Part shown: positions 36,283 through 45,892 of the stretch, one piece after another
Layout: the number at the start of each line of letters is the position of its first letter
Position numbering within the stretch: the stretch's first letter is position 1
Source: Vicinamibacteria bacterium
GTDB taxonomy: Bacteria > Acidobacteriota > Vicinamibacteria > Marinacidobacterales > Marinacidobacteraceae
Reading direction: 5' to 3'
Assembly: GCA_964291235.2 (NCBI GenBank)
Contig: OZ219815.1
Coordinates: forward strand, 1,024,001 to 1,088,000
DNA: 64,000 nucleotides
The notes under the pieces: model-generated
What the model was told of the DNA's origin: nothing
The model's input: only the letters and a program-made list of their open reading frames with translations
Database searches by the model: none
Position numbers and translations under genes: made by a program

Positions 36283-36462
36283 GCAGGGGCTCCAGGGAAC
36301 ACGGGATTATCCGCCCTCCGCGCCGGGGCGCGGGTCACGGAGGCGGGCATCGTCCTGCCGTTTGCGCGATTGCCTGGGAACGCCATCCAGCGTCCGTGGA
36401 CGTACCATGTCGCCGGGGCTCAATCGCCGCTCGGCAGCGTCCCGTGCGGGCCCAATCGAACT

Positions 36463-38184
36463 TTGTCCGACGAGATCGCCTGGTACGACGCCCATGCCGA
36501 GATGCTGGCGGATCGCTACGAGGCTGTCTCTCCGGAGCGCGTTCATGGCTGGCTGACGGACTTATTGCCTTCGCAGCCCGCGACCATCCTCGACGTTGGT
36601 GCCGGCAGTGGTCGCGATGCGGCATGGTTGGCTTACAAGGGCTACGAAGTCGTCGCGGTCGAACCGTCCTCCGGACTTCGCACGATGGCGCGTGAACGGC
36701 ACGACGTTCCGCGCATTCAATGGATCTCCGACTCGCTGCCCGGCCTCAAACGTACGTTCCGGACCGGCCTCGCCTTCGACGTGATCCTGGTCAGCGCGGT
36801 CTGGATGCATGTCGCCCCATCGGACCGGGCGAGGGCGTTCAGAAAGCTGATCACACTCCTCAAGCCTGGCGGCGTCTTGGCCATCACGCTGCGCAGCGGC
36901 TCCGCCGAGGCGGGCCGCACGTTCCATCCTGTCTCTGCGGCGGAGATCAAGCGCCTCGCGCGGGATCACGGTGCGTTTGTCGAACGGGAGAACACCGCCG
37001 CCGACCAGCTCGGCCGCCGCGAGATCCGTTGGGAACAACTGGCGGTCCGGCTTCCAGACGACGGTACCGGCGCACTGCCGCTGCTGCGGCACGTCATTCT
37101 GAACGACGACAAGAGTTCCACGTACAAGCTCGGCCTGCTGCGCGTGCTCTGCCGCATCGCCGACAGCGCCGGCGGGTTCGCATCGCCGGTGGACGACGAG
37201 CACGTCGCGATTCCGATGGGCCTGGTGGCGCTGACCTGGATTCGGCTCTACAAGCCGCTGCTGGCGGCAGACTTGCCCCAGAACCGGAATAACCAGCAGG
37301 GTGGTCAGGGACTCGGTTTCGCCAAGGAGGCTTTCGGGCAGCTCGCATATCTGTCAGACCTTCGGATGGGCTCACGGCTCACCGGCGACAGCGGCCGGGC
37401 GCTCCACCACGCACTCAGGGACGTGGCGGGCACCATTCGTAGGATGCCGGCGCGCCACATGACGTATCCCAACGCGCCGGAACCCATTCTTCCCGCAGGG
37501 GCCGGTACGGCAGGCCGGTATCCGGGTGGGGTGCGGCTGGACGAGCCGTACCTCGCGAGCTTCGGCACGATGCGGGTACCGATCCACCTGTGGCAGGCGG
37601 CTCAACGTTTTGCCGTGTGGATCGAACCCGCGATCGTTGCTGAATGGAAGCGGATGACCCGATCCTACGCGGAGAGACAGGGACGCAGGCTTGAAGACGC
37701 CCAGCTCTCTGCGGCCATGACCTGGGAGGATCCCACTCGGGACGTAAGCCTTGCGCGGGAGCAGGCCGAGCGGTTGCTCGCCGAACAGCCTCTCCATTGC
37801 GTCTGGAGCGGTAAGCGTCTGTCCGTTGACAAACTCGACATGGATCACTGTTTCCCATGGGCCGTCTGGCCCTGCGGAGACCTCTGGAACCTGCTACCCA
37901 CGCACCGAACGGTCAATCAGCACGAGAAGCGCGACCTCCTGCCGTCGGACCGGCTGCTCAGGGCCGCGCAGGACCGGATTCTCGGCTGGTGGCACGATGC
38001 GTACCGGGCGCACCCGGACCACCCGCTGGCCGAGCGCTTCATGCTGGAAGCTGCGGTCAGCCTGCCGGGCATCCTCTCAACAGAGACCGATCTCGACGGC
38101 TGCTATTCCGCCCTCGAGCTGCAACGGTTGCGGCTGAGCCAGAACCAGCAGGCGCCGGAGTGGAGCGGAGCAAAGTACCTGTGA
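36463..38184 (+). CDS. Class I SAM methyltransferase fused to an HNH endonuclease domain
   Basis: ILDVGAGSGRDAAWL...VAVEPS and SAVWMH in the N-terminus, NDDKSSTYKLGLL in the middle, and CVWSG...DMDHCFPW...DLWNLLPT...VNQHEKRD at the end. Start (TTG) is approximate. Confidence 0.88.
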   Translation: MSDEIAWYDAHAEMLADRYEAVSPERVHGWLTDLLPSQPATILDVGAGSGRDAAWLAYKGYEVVAVEPSSGLRTMARERHDVPRIQWISDSLPGLKRTFRTGLAFDVILVSAVWMHVAPSDRARAFRKLITLLKPGGVLAITLRSGSAEAGRTFHPVSAAEIKRLARDHGAFVERENTAADQLGRREIRWEQLAVRLPDDGTGALPLLRHVILNDDKSSTYKLGLLRVLCRIADSAGGFASPVDDEHVAIPMGLVALTWIRLYKPLLAADLPQNRNNQQGGQGLGFAKEAFGQLAYLSDLRMGSRLTGDSGRALHHALRDVAGTIRRMPARHMTYPNAPEPILPAGAGTAGRYPGGVRLDEPYLASFGTMRVPIHLWQAAQRFAVWIEPAIVAEWKRMTRSYAERQGRRLEDAQLSAAMTWEDPTRDVSLAREQAERLLAEQPLHCVWSGKRLSVDKLDMDHCFPWAVWPCGDLWNLLPTHRTVNQHEKRDLLPSDRLLRAAQDRILGWWHDAYRAHPDHPLAERFMLEAAVSLPGILSTETDLDGCYSALELQRLRLSQNQQAPEWSGAKYL

Positions 38185-38295
38185 ATCAGCGCCGGATGGA
38201 CGGGCGCACGTTGCCCGCTGTCCGGGTCCGGGGGATCGTTTCCGAATCGGTGGGCGCTTGATATTGCCGACCCCGACCGGGATCAGCGACTCGAT

Positions 38296-38647
38296 ATCGA
38301 CCGGAGCTGCCTCCCGCGGCTGCCGTTATCGACCGGAGCTGCCGTTGCCGACCCCGGATATCGACCGGAGCTGTCTTCCGCGGATGCCGTTATCGACCGG
38401 AGCTGTCTCCCGCGGATGCCGTTATCGACCGGAGCTGCCTTTCGCGGACGCCGTTATCGACCGGAGCTGTCTCCCGCGGCTGCCGTCATCGACCGGAGCT
38501 GTCTCCCGCGGACGCCGTTATCGACCGGAGCTGTCTCCCGCGGCTGCCGTCATCGACCGGAGCTGGCGTCGCCGACCCCGGATATCGACCGGAGCTGGCG
38601 TCGCCGACCCTGTATATCGACCGGAGCTGCCGTCGCTGTGCCGGAGA
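38296..38647. repeat. Tandem array of 11 units with an exact 32-bp period
   Basis: Invariant ATCGACCGGAGCTG at 38296, 38328, 38360, 38392, 38424, 38456, 38488, 38520, 38552, 38584 and 38616. Confidence 0.95.
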
Positions 38648-38901
38648 AAAGAAAGCCGCCCGCAAGGACGGAATCTCCCACGGCCCTTGACCGAGCAATG
38701 GTCGCAAAAGGGTCACCACAGCGATCAGGGGCGGCGCGGGTCTCGGCGTCGTCTGCATGCCGGGTCTTGCGGGGCCAACGTCGCGGTGGCCCGCCGGTTG
38801 GCCGGCAACATGTCGCAGTAGCGGCCTGCGGTACTCTCGACCTGTGTCCGCCGGTTCGCGGCGGACGCGACTTCCGCTGAATCTCTGAAGCAGGATCTGC
38901 T

Positions 38902-40362
38902 GTGCGTGTCCCCGGCGCCGACGAGGCCACCGATCGGCTCGCCAGCTGGGCTAAGCGGAGCCCCTGGCAGGAGCGCCAGCAAGAGGTGTTTTCCGCCCAC
39001 CTCGGTCCCGTCGCGGACGTGCTGGAGCGCGAGCCGGCGGAGGTGGGCGAGCAGTTGGGTCCGCTCGCCAGACAGGTCTCCGTCGCCATCTTCGAGGACT
39101 TCCTGGCCGCCGGCTTCGGTGACGAGGAGGAAGAGAACGTGGTGGATGCCTACCTCGACCGGCGGGGTTGGACTCTTGGAGAGCCGGCGAAGGAATTCAT
39201 GCAGGGACTGCGGGACGCGTCGCCTTCGCTCTACGAAGTTGTTGCGCTCGACCGCGGCAGCACCCTCACCGTGCGCGATCTCGTCCGGGGCGGCGACCCG
39301 ATCGTCGTGTCGGAAGAACTGGGTTCCCAAACGCTGGCGCTGTGGGACTGCCTGATTGCCCGGATCCTCACGGTAGGCGGCGCGCGCTGTTTCGCCTCCG
39401 GCCTGCTGCACTGCCCCCGGGAGCTGGCCGACCGCTGCCTCAGCGACCTGACGCGGGAGATCAAGCGGATCAGGAAGGGACTCACGAAGATCGTGCGGAG
39501 AGCCGGCGGCAAGGGCACGGTGACCGAGCGCGAGGCCCAGGACTTCTACCTCGCGAGTCCCGCTGCTGGTCCTTTCTTCACGGTGCAGCTCGTCGTCTGG
39601 ACCGTCAGACAGAAGGAAGCCTTCTTCGAGTCGCTGGCCAACACCGACGGACAGCCGCTGCTGCTTTCCAACGTACGTTTTCCGATCGAAGGCGACGAGG
39701 CGGAGGTCGCGCGGGCTCTCGACGCCGTCGCGGAGCTCGACCGGATCCCCGAGGAAGGGCAGCTCTGGAATTGGACCGGCCCCGAATCTCCGGCCCACGC
39801 CGGTCCCCGCGATTCGCCGCGGGGTGGCGCGAAGGCCGGCGGTTTGCGGCTGAGCCTCGGACATCTCGAGATCGCGGACGGCGCCCTGCTGCTCCACACG
39901 AACTCCGTCGAGCGCGCCGAGCAGGGACGGGAACTCGTGGCCTCGGTGCTGGGTTCGCTGGTGGGAACGCCGCTCACCTCGCACGAAGATCCGCTCGCGC
40001 AGCTTCGGGCGCTTTCGGAGGGGACGACGGCTGAGGGGCCGTCACCCGCTGGACGGTTCCTGGACGGCCTTCCCGAGGAAGCGGACGCGGTGGTTCGTCC
40101 GACGGAAGAAATGCAGGCGCTGGCGGCCGCCTATATCGAAGATCACTACCGCCGCACCCTCGACGAACGGGTTCCGATGCTCGGCAACCGGACGCCGCGG
40201 CAGGCCGCCAAAACCCGGAAGGGGCGGGCCGAGGTGGTCGCGTGGCTGAAGGGAATCGAGAACGTGGAATCCCGGAGTGCCGTAAGGGAGGGGCGTGAGC
40301 CGATGGATACCGGCTGGCTCTGGGAGGAGTTGAAGATTCCGAGGCCCGGCGGCAAGTTGTAA
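38902..40362 (+). CDS. Conserved hypothetical protein with a C-terminal Xre/MbcA/ParS-like motif
   Basis: 486-aa ORF with SLYEVV...VRDLVRGG and C-terminal LDERVPMLGNRTPRQAA...VVAWLK. Confidence 0.7.
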   Translation: MRVPGADEATDRLASWAKRSPWQERQQEVFSAHLGPVADVLEREPAEVGEQLGPLARQVSVAIFEDFLAAGFGDEEEENVVDAYLDRRGWTLGEPAKEFMQGLRDASPSLYEVVALDRGSTLTVRDLVRGGDPIVVSEELGSQTLALWDCLIARILTVGGARCFASGLLHCPRELADRCLSDLTREIKRIRKGLTKIVRRAGGKGTVTEREAQDFYLASPAAGPFFTVQLVVWTVRQKEAFFESLANTDGQPLLLSNVRFPIEGDEAEVARALDAVAELDRIPEEGQLWNWTGPESPAHAGPRDSPRGGAKAGGLRLSLGHLEIADGALLLHTNSVERAEQGRELVASVLGSLVGTPLTSHEDPLAQLRALSEGTTAEGPSPAGRFLDGLPEEADAVVRPTEEMQALAAAYIEDHYRRTLDERVPMLGNRTPRQAAKTRKGRAEVVAWLKGIENVESRSAVREGREPMDTGWLWEELKIPRPGGKL

Positions 40363-40417
40363 AGAACGTGGCGGCCTGCCAGGCTGCGTGTGCCTCACCG
40401 GTGGGTCAGAGGGAGCT

Positions 40418-40521
40418 TTGTGGCTCACTTTCGGCGAAAAATGAGCCACAACGAGATTTGTCGCTCGCCTGTGCACCACAAACGGTGTTGTGTCTCACTC
40501 TTGGCCAAGAGTGAGACGCAA
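40418..40521. repeat. Two related 34-bp palindromes separated by 36 bp
   Basis: TTGTGGCTCACTTTCGGCGAAAAATGAGCCACAA (40418-40451) and TTGTGTCTCACTCTTGGCCAAGAGTGAGACGCAA (40488-40521). Confidence 0.75.
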
Positions 40522-40581
40522 ATGGGCTGGCCTGGATTGCCCACGCTCCGAGCAGACTGGGTCCGTTCCTGTGTGCCGCCA

Positions 40582-41025
40582 GGGCTGCTGGGGTTCCCGC
40601 CGAGACGGGAGCCGTCTTGACGGTTGGGGGGCTGTCCCGGCGCCCGCCTGCGGCGGGCTGTGCCGATCTGGAGATCGGCGTTCCATTGCGGTCGCCCGCC
40701 GACTGTGCTCGTGGGGGTCTGTCCCGGCGCCCCGCTTCGCGGGGCTGTGCCGATCTGGAGATCGGCGTTCCATTGCGGTCGCCCGCCGCCTGTGCTCGCG
40801 GGGTCCGTCCCGCCGCCCCGCTTCGCGGGGCTGTGCCGATCTGGAGATCGGCGTTCCCGTGCCGGTGGTGCTGTGGGGGCTGGAGGGCGATGTGCGTTTC
40901 GCTCCCCGGCGGGGAGCGGCCCCCACCGGGAGAACTGGGCCGGCCGGAGGCCGGCGCTCCGCTGTCGTGCGACGCCAAGGCTGGCCGGGGTACCCGCCGA
41001 GACACAGCCATCTTGACGGTGGGGC
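40582..41025 (-). repeat. Composite REP-like cluster (3 tandem units of about 87 bp plus flanking modules)
   Basis: GGGCTGTGCCGATCTGGAGATCGGCGTTCC occurs three times between ~40655 and 40858; GCCGGCCGGAGGCCGGCGCTCC at ~40940. Confidence 0.88.
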
Positions 41026-41185
41026 CGGCGCTCCTGAAGCCATCCGTCCCTTTGCGGCCGCCTTGTGCGAAGATTCCCGGTTGCCCAGAAACGGATGATT
41101 CGCCGTTCCGGCCTACCCGGGTTCTCAACCCCGCCAGCTCCTCCGACGGGGCTCGCTTCGCACTCCTTCTGAGCACAACGTCTTC

Positions 41186-42577
41186 ATGAGTCTTCATACC
41201 GTGCGCCGCGGGTTCGACGTACGCCTCCAGGGTGCCCCGGCGGCGGACGGGCGGGCGGACGAACTCCGCGTCCCGTCCCGGATCGCGCTGCTCGGTGCGG
41301 ACTACCCGGGGATGCGGCCCACCATGCGGGTCCGGGAGGGCGACTCGGTCTCCCGGGGCAGCGTCCTCTTCGAGGATAAGAAGACTCCCGGGATCCGCTT
41401 CACCGCGCCGCTCGGCGGGCGGGTGATCGCCGTGCACCGGGGCGAACGCCGCGCCTTCTTGTCACTGGTGATCGAGGTGAACCCCGGCGAGCGCGCCGGC
41501 GGCGGCAGTTCGGGACACGCCGCGGCAGCCTGGAGCGGGCGTCATCCGGACGCGCTCGGCGAGGACCCGGTCCAGGAGCTCCTGCTCGAATCGGGAGAGT
41601 GGACCGCGATCCGCACCCGGCCGTTCGGGCGGGTTGCGAACCCCGCGACCCGGCCGCAGGCAATCTTCGTGACGGCGACGGACACCGCTCCGCTCGCGCC
41701 CGACCCCGTCGCCGCGGTCGCCGGACGGGAGACGGACCTCGAGTGGGGACTCGCAGCCATAGCGCAGCTCACCTCCGGGCCGGTCTTCGTCTGTTCGCGT
41801 CCCGGGAAGCGACTCCCGGTGGACGGCGGGGAACGGATACGCCACGAAGAGTTCAGCGGCCCCCATCCCGCCGGGACCGCGGGCCTTCACATCCACCGGC
41901 TCGCGCCCGTGCGCCGCGACCGGGAGGCGTGGCACCTCGACGCCCAGGACCTGGCCTCCATCGGCAGTCTTTTCCGCACCGGCGCCGGAGACGCCCACCG
42001 GGTGGTCGCGCTGGGGGGACCGCCGGTTCGCCGCCCCACGCTCATGCGGACGCCCATCGGGGCTTCGCTGGCGGAGTTCGCGGCGCCGGAGCCGGCAGCG
42101 GGACGGGAGCCGGGGGAACGCCGGGTCGTTTCCGGGTCGCTCCTCTCCGGGCGGATCGCCGGGGACGAGGCGACCGGCTTCCTCGGCCGGTATCACCGGC
42201 AGGTCACGGTGCTCGAAGAGGACCGCCGCCGGCGTTTGCTGGGCTGGCTCGCACCGGGGGCAGGGGCGGTGTCGGCGAGCCGCGCGTTCCTCTCCGCCGC
42301 GCTGCCGGCCCGAGCCCACCCGATCGGCACCGGAACGCACGGTTCCCGCCGGGCCATCGTGCCCATCGCGAGCTACGACCGGGTGATGGCGTTCGATATT
42401 CCCGCGGTGATGCTGCTCCGCGCCCTCCTGATGGAGGACATCGAGCGGGCCGAAGAGCTCGGGGTGCTCGAACTCATCGAGGAAGACCTCGGCCTGCTGA
42501 CCTTCGCCTGCCCGGCGAAAAATGACTACGGCCCCGCCCTCCGGCGCGTCCTCGACACGCTCGAGAAAGAAGGCTAG
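41186..42577 (+). CDS. nqrA: Na(+)-translocating NADH:quinone reductase subunit A
   Basis: LFEDKKTPGIRF, IRTRPFG, FSGPHPAG, LGRYHRQV and EEDLGLLTFACPAK motifs; first gene of the operon. Confidence 0.95.
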   Translation: MSLHTVRRGFDVRLQGAPAADGRADELRVPSRIALLGADYPGMRPTMRVREGDSVSRGSVLFEDKKTPGIRFTAPLGGRVIAVHRGERRAFLSLVIEVNPGERAGGGSSGHAAAAWSGRHPDALGEDPVQELLLESGEWTAIRTRPFGRVANPATRPQAIFVTATDTAPLAPDPVAAVAGRETDLEWGLAAIAQLTSGPVFVCSRPGKRLPVDGGERIRHEEFSGPHPAGTAGLHIHRLAPVRRDREAWHLDAQDLASIGSLFRTGAGDAHRVVALGGPPVRRPTLMRTPIGASLAEFAAPEPAAGREPGERRVVSGSLLSGRIAGDEATGFLGRYHRQVTVLEEDRRRRLLGWLAPGAGAVSASRAFLSAALPARAHPIGTGTHGSRRAIVPIASYDRVMAFDIPAVMLLRALLMEDIERAEELGVLELIEEDLGLLTFACPAKNDYGPALRRVLDTLEKEG

Positions 42578-42583
42578 ATCGCG

Positions 42584-43840
42584 GTGCTGCGCAAGACCCT
42601 CGATCGCCTCGGCGCACCGTTCGAGCCGGGAGGCCGGCTCCACCGCCTGTGGCCGCTCTGGGACGCCCAGGACACCTTCCTCTACACCCCGGGGAAGACC
42701 ACTGCCGGGCCGTCGCACGGCCGCGACCGCCTGGACATGAAGCGGCTCATGTTCACGGTGGTCATCGCGCTCGCCGGCACCGTGGCGATGGCCTTTTACA
42801 ACACCGGCCTCCAGGCGAACCTCGCGATATCGCAGGGCGCCACGCCGCTCCCCGGCTGGCGGACGGCGGCGATCGAGGCGCTCGGGATCGGTTTCTCTCC
42901 CGACAGCGTGCTGGCGGCGGTCGTCCACGGCGGACTCTGGTACCTGCCGGTCCTGATCGTGACCTTCGCGGTCGGCGGCCTCTGGGAGGTGCTCTTCGCG
43001 GTGATCCGCCGCCACGAGGTGAGCGAGGGCTTCCTGGTCACCGGGATGCTCTTCCCGCTCATCCTGCCGCCCACGGTGCCGCTTTGGCAGGTGGCGCTCG
43101 GCATCAGTTTCGGGGTCGTGGTCGGCAAGGAAATCTTCGGGGGCAGCGGTTTCAACATCCTGAACCCCGCCCTGACTGCTCGGGCCTTCCTCTTCTTTGC
43201 CTACCCCAGCGACTTGACCGGCGACCGCATCTGGATCGCCGCCGACACCGCTCCGGACGCCGTCAGCGGGGCGACCTGGCTCGCCCGTTTCAGCCTCGTC
43301 GGTCCGGAAGCCCTTCCGGAGACCTTCCATCCGGCGGGCGGAGCCGGCATCTCCGCCTGGGACGCCTTCATCGGACTGCTCCCCGGCTCGATGGGAGAGA
43401 CCTCGGTGCTGGCCTGCCTCTTCGGCGCCGTGATCCTCGCGGCGACCGGGATCGGCTCGCTCCGGATCATGCTCGCGGTGGCGGCGGGAACCCTGGTGAT
43501 GGGCGGCCTCCTGAACCTCGTCGGCTCGGACACGAATCCGTTCTTCGCCATCCCCTTCTGGTGGCACTACCTGCTGGGCGGATGGGCTTTCGGCACCGTC
43601 TTCATGGCCACCGAGCCGGTGACCGCCCCCTCCACGAGCGGCGGCCGGCTGGTTTACGGCTTCCTGATCGGCGTGCTCGTGGTCCTGATTCGGGTCGTGA
43701 ATCCCGCCTATCCGGAGGGCATGATGCTCTCCATCCTGCTGATGAACGTCTTCGCGCCGCTCATCGATCACTTCGCCCTGCGGAGCAACATCCGCCGCCG
43801 GGCCGCCGCGTCGGCGCTCGTTACCGCAGGGCGCGGCTAA
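42584..43840 (+). CDS. nqrB: Na(+)-NQR subunit B
   Basis: DMKRLM, EGFLVT, KEIFGG, FMN site DAVSGAT, GSMGETS and NPAYPEG motifs. Confidence 0.97.
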   Translation: MLRKTLDRLGAPFEPGGRLHRLWPLWDAQDTFLYTPGKTTAGPSHGRDRLDMKRLMFTVVIALAGTVAMAFYNTGLQANLAISQGATPLPGWRTAAIEALGIGFSPDSVLAAVVHGGLWYLPVLIVTFAVGGLWEVLFAVIRRHEVSEGFLVTGMLFPLILPPTVPLWQVALGISFGVVVGKEIFGGSGFNILNPALTARAFLFFAYPSDLTGDRIWIAADTAPDAVSGATWLARFSLVGPEALPETFHPAGGAGISAWDAFIGLLPGSMGETSVLACLFGAVILAATGIGSLRIMLAVAAGTLVMGGLLNLVGSDTNPFFAIPFWWHYLLGGWAFGTVFMATEPVTAPSTSGGRLVYGFLIGVLVVLIRVVNPAYPEGMMLSILLMNVFAPLIDHFALRSNIRRRAAASALVTAGRG

Positions 43841-43860
43841 ATTCCGGTGGCCGTCCTCTC

Positions 43861-44634
43861 GTGAGCACCGCCCGCTACATCCTGGCGTTCGCGGGCGCCG
43901 TGTGCCTGGTCTGCGCCGTGATGGTTTCCGGCTCGGCGGTGGCCCTCCGGGACCTCCAGGCGGCGAACGCCGAACGGGAGCGCCAGCGCAACGTCCTTTT
44001 TGCCGCCGGACTCGCGAACCCGGACGAAGAACTCTCCGAAGCCGACATGGCCGAACGTTTCGCCGCGGTGCGCGCGGTGGTGGTGGATCTCGAGACCGGA
44101 GAGGAACTTCCGGACGTGGACCCCGCGACCGTGGACCCACTGGTGGAGGCCGGGATCACGGACTCATCGCGGGCGGCCCCCGACAATTTGGCCCGGATTC
44201 GACGGGTGGAGCGACGTTCGGTCGTCTACCTGGTGGAGGCGGAGGGCGATCTGGACGCTGTCGTGCTTCCGGTCCGGGGACAGGGGCTCTGGTCGGTGCT
44301 CTACGGGTACCTGGCCCTCGAGGCGGACCTCGACACGGTCCGTGGGCTCACCTTCTACGAACACAAGGAAACTCCCGGCCTCGGCGGCGAGGTGGACAAC
44401 CCCAGCTGGAAGGCCCTCTGGCCGGGCCGCCGGGTGTTCGGATCCGCCGGCGAGCCGATCATCGAGGTGGTGCGGGCGGCCGCCGGGCCGGTCGCCGAGG
44501 ACCCGCACCGCGTGGACGGGCTCGCCGGCGCCACCATGACCAGTCGCGGGGTGACGAACCTGCTGCGATTCTGGCTCGCCGAGAACGGGTTCGGCCCCTT
44601 CCTCGTGCGTCTGAGCGCGGCCGCGGGCGACTAG
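43861..44634 (+). CDS. nqrC: Na(+)-NQR subunit C
   Basis: GQGLWS, HKETPGLGGEV and FMN site VDGLAGATMTSRGV. Confidence 0.95.
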   Translation: MSTARYILAFAGAVCLVCAVMVSGSAVALRDLQAANAERERQRNVLFAAGLANPDEELSEADMAERFAAVRAVVVDLETGEELPDVDPATVDPLVEAGITDSSRAAPDNLARIRRVERRSVVYLVEAEGDLDAVVLPVRGQGLWSVLYGYLALEADLDTVRGLTFYEHKETPGLGGEVDNPSWKALWPGRRVFGSAGEPIIEVVRAAAGPVAEDPHRVDGLAGATMTSRGVTNLLRFWLAENGFGPFLVRLSAAAGD

Positions 44635-44640
44635 GCGGAA

Positions 44641-45264
44641 ATGGCGAGCGAAACCCGGCGGGTCCTGATGGATCCGCTCATCCACAACAACCCGATCGCA
44701 CTCCAGGTGCTCGGGATCTGTTCGGCCCTCGCGGTCACCACCGGGATGCAGACGTCGGTGGTGATGAGCGTCGCCGTGGTCGCGGTGATCGCGCTGTCCA
44801 ACCTGTCGGTGAGCCTGCTCCGGAACATGATCCCCACCAACATCCGGATCATCGTCCAGCTCACCATCATCGCCTCGCTGGTCATCGTCACCGACCAGAT
44901 CCTGAAGGCGTACGTCTATGAGATCTCGAAGCAGCTCAGCGTCTTCGTGGGCCTCATCATCACGAACTGCATCATCATGGGCCGGGCGGAGGCGTTCGCG
45001 ATGCAGAACCCGCCGCTCAAGAGCCTCATCGACGGGATCGGGAACGGGATGGGCTACGCGGCCATCCTGCTGGTGGTCGGGGCGTCGCGCGAGGTGCTCG
45101 GCGCCGGGACCTTCTGGGGCATCCCGGTGCTGCCGCTCGCTTCGGAGGGCGGCTGGTTCACTCCCAACGGGCTGATGAGCCTGTCGCCGGGCGCGTTCTT
45201 CGTCATCGGGTTCCTGATCTGGATCCTGCGGACCTTCCGGCCCGAGCAGAACGAGGCGGAGTGA
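44641..45264 (+). CDS. nqrD: Na(+)-NQR subunit D
   Basis: [18 protein letters not shown] and [14 protein letters not shown] motifs. Confidence 0.97.
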   Translation: MASETRRVLMDPLIHNNPIALQVLGICSALAVTTGMQTSVVMSVAVVAVIALSNLSVSLLRNMIPTNIRIIVQLTIIASLVIVTDQILKAYVYEISKQLSVFVGLIITNCIIMGRAEAFAMQNPPLKSLIDGIGNGMGYAAILLVVGASREVLGAGTFWGIPVLPLASEGGWFTPNGLMSLSPGAFFVIGFLIWILRTFRPEQNEAE

Positions 45265-45881
45265 TGCTCCAGGACTACCTGAACATCGCGGTCAAGGCGA
45301 TCTTCGTGGAGAACATGGCCCTGACCTTCTTCCTCGGGATGTGCTCATTCCTCGCGGTCTCGAAGCGGGTCAGCACCGCCATCGGCCTGGGACTGGCGGT
45401 CGTCTTCGTCCTCACCGTGACGACCCCGCTGAACCACGCCATCAATGACTACCTGCTCCGACCCGGCGCGCTCGGCTGGGCGCATGCCTCGCTCTCGGGT
45501 CAGGACCTGTCCTTCCTGCGTTTCTTGACCTTCATCGGGACGATCGCGGCCACCGTGCAGGTGGTGGAGATGACGCTCGACCGGTTCTTCCCGACGCTCC
45601 ACGCCGCCCTCGGGGTGTTCCTGCCGCTCATCGCGGTGAACTGCGCGATCCTGGGGGCATCGCTGCTGATGGTCGAGCGGGGGCTCACCCTGCCGGAGTC
45701 CGCGGTGTTTGGCTTCGGGTCCGGGGTCGGCTGGCTGCTCGCCATCGCCGCCCTCGCCGGGATCCGGGAGCGATTGCGCTACCACCACATCCCGGCCGGG
45801 CTGCGCGGCCTCGGCATCACCTTCCTGCTCACCGGGCTGATGGCCATTGGCTTCATGGCCTTCGGCGGCATTCAGCTCTAG
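45261..45881 (+). CDS. nqrE: Na(+)-NQR subunit E
   Basis: [24 protein letters not shown] and GLRGLGITF motifs. Confidence 0.97.
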   Translation: MMLQDYLNIAVKAIFVENMALTFFLGMCSFLAVSKRVSTAIGLGLAVVFVLTVTTPLNHAINDYLLRPGALGWAHASLSGQDLSFLRFLTFIGTIAATVQVVEMTLDRFFPTLHAALGVFLPLIAVNCAILGASLLMVERGLTLPESAVFGFGSGVGWLLAIAALAGIRERLRYHHIPAGLRGLGITFLLTGLMAIGFMAFGGIQL

Positions 45882-45892
45882 GGCAAATCCCC

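Noticed and set aside
35647-36462. N-terminal 270 aa of the 845-aa ORF 35647-38184
   Set aside because: It overlaps the thioredoxin-fold gene on the opposite strand; methyltransferase similarity begins only at ~36463.
38296-38647. CRISPR or TIGR-like array
   Set aside because: The 18-bp variable parts fall into two homologous classes rather than unique spacers, the core is only 14 bp, and no cas or tas-like gene is visible in the window.
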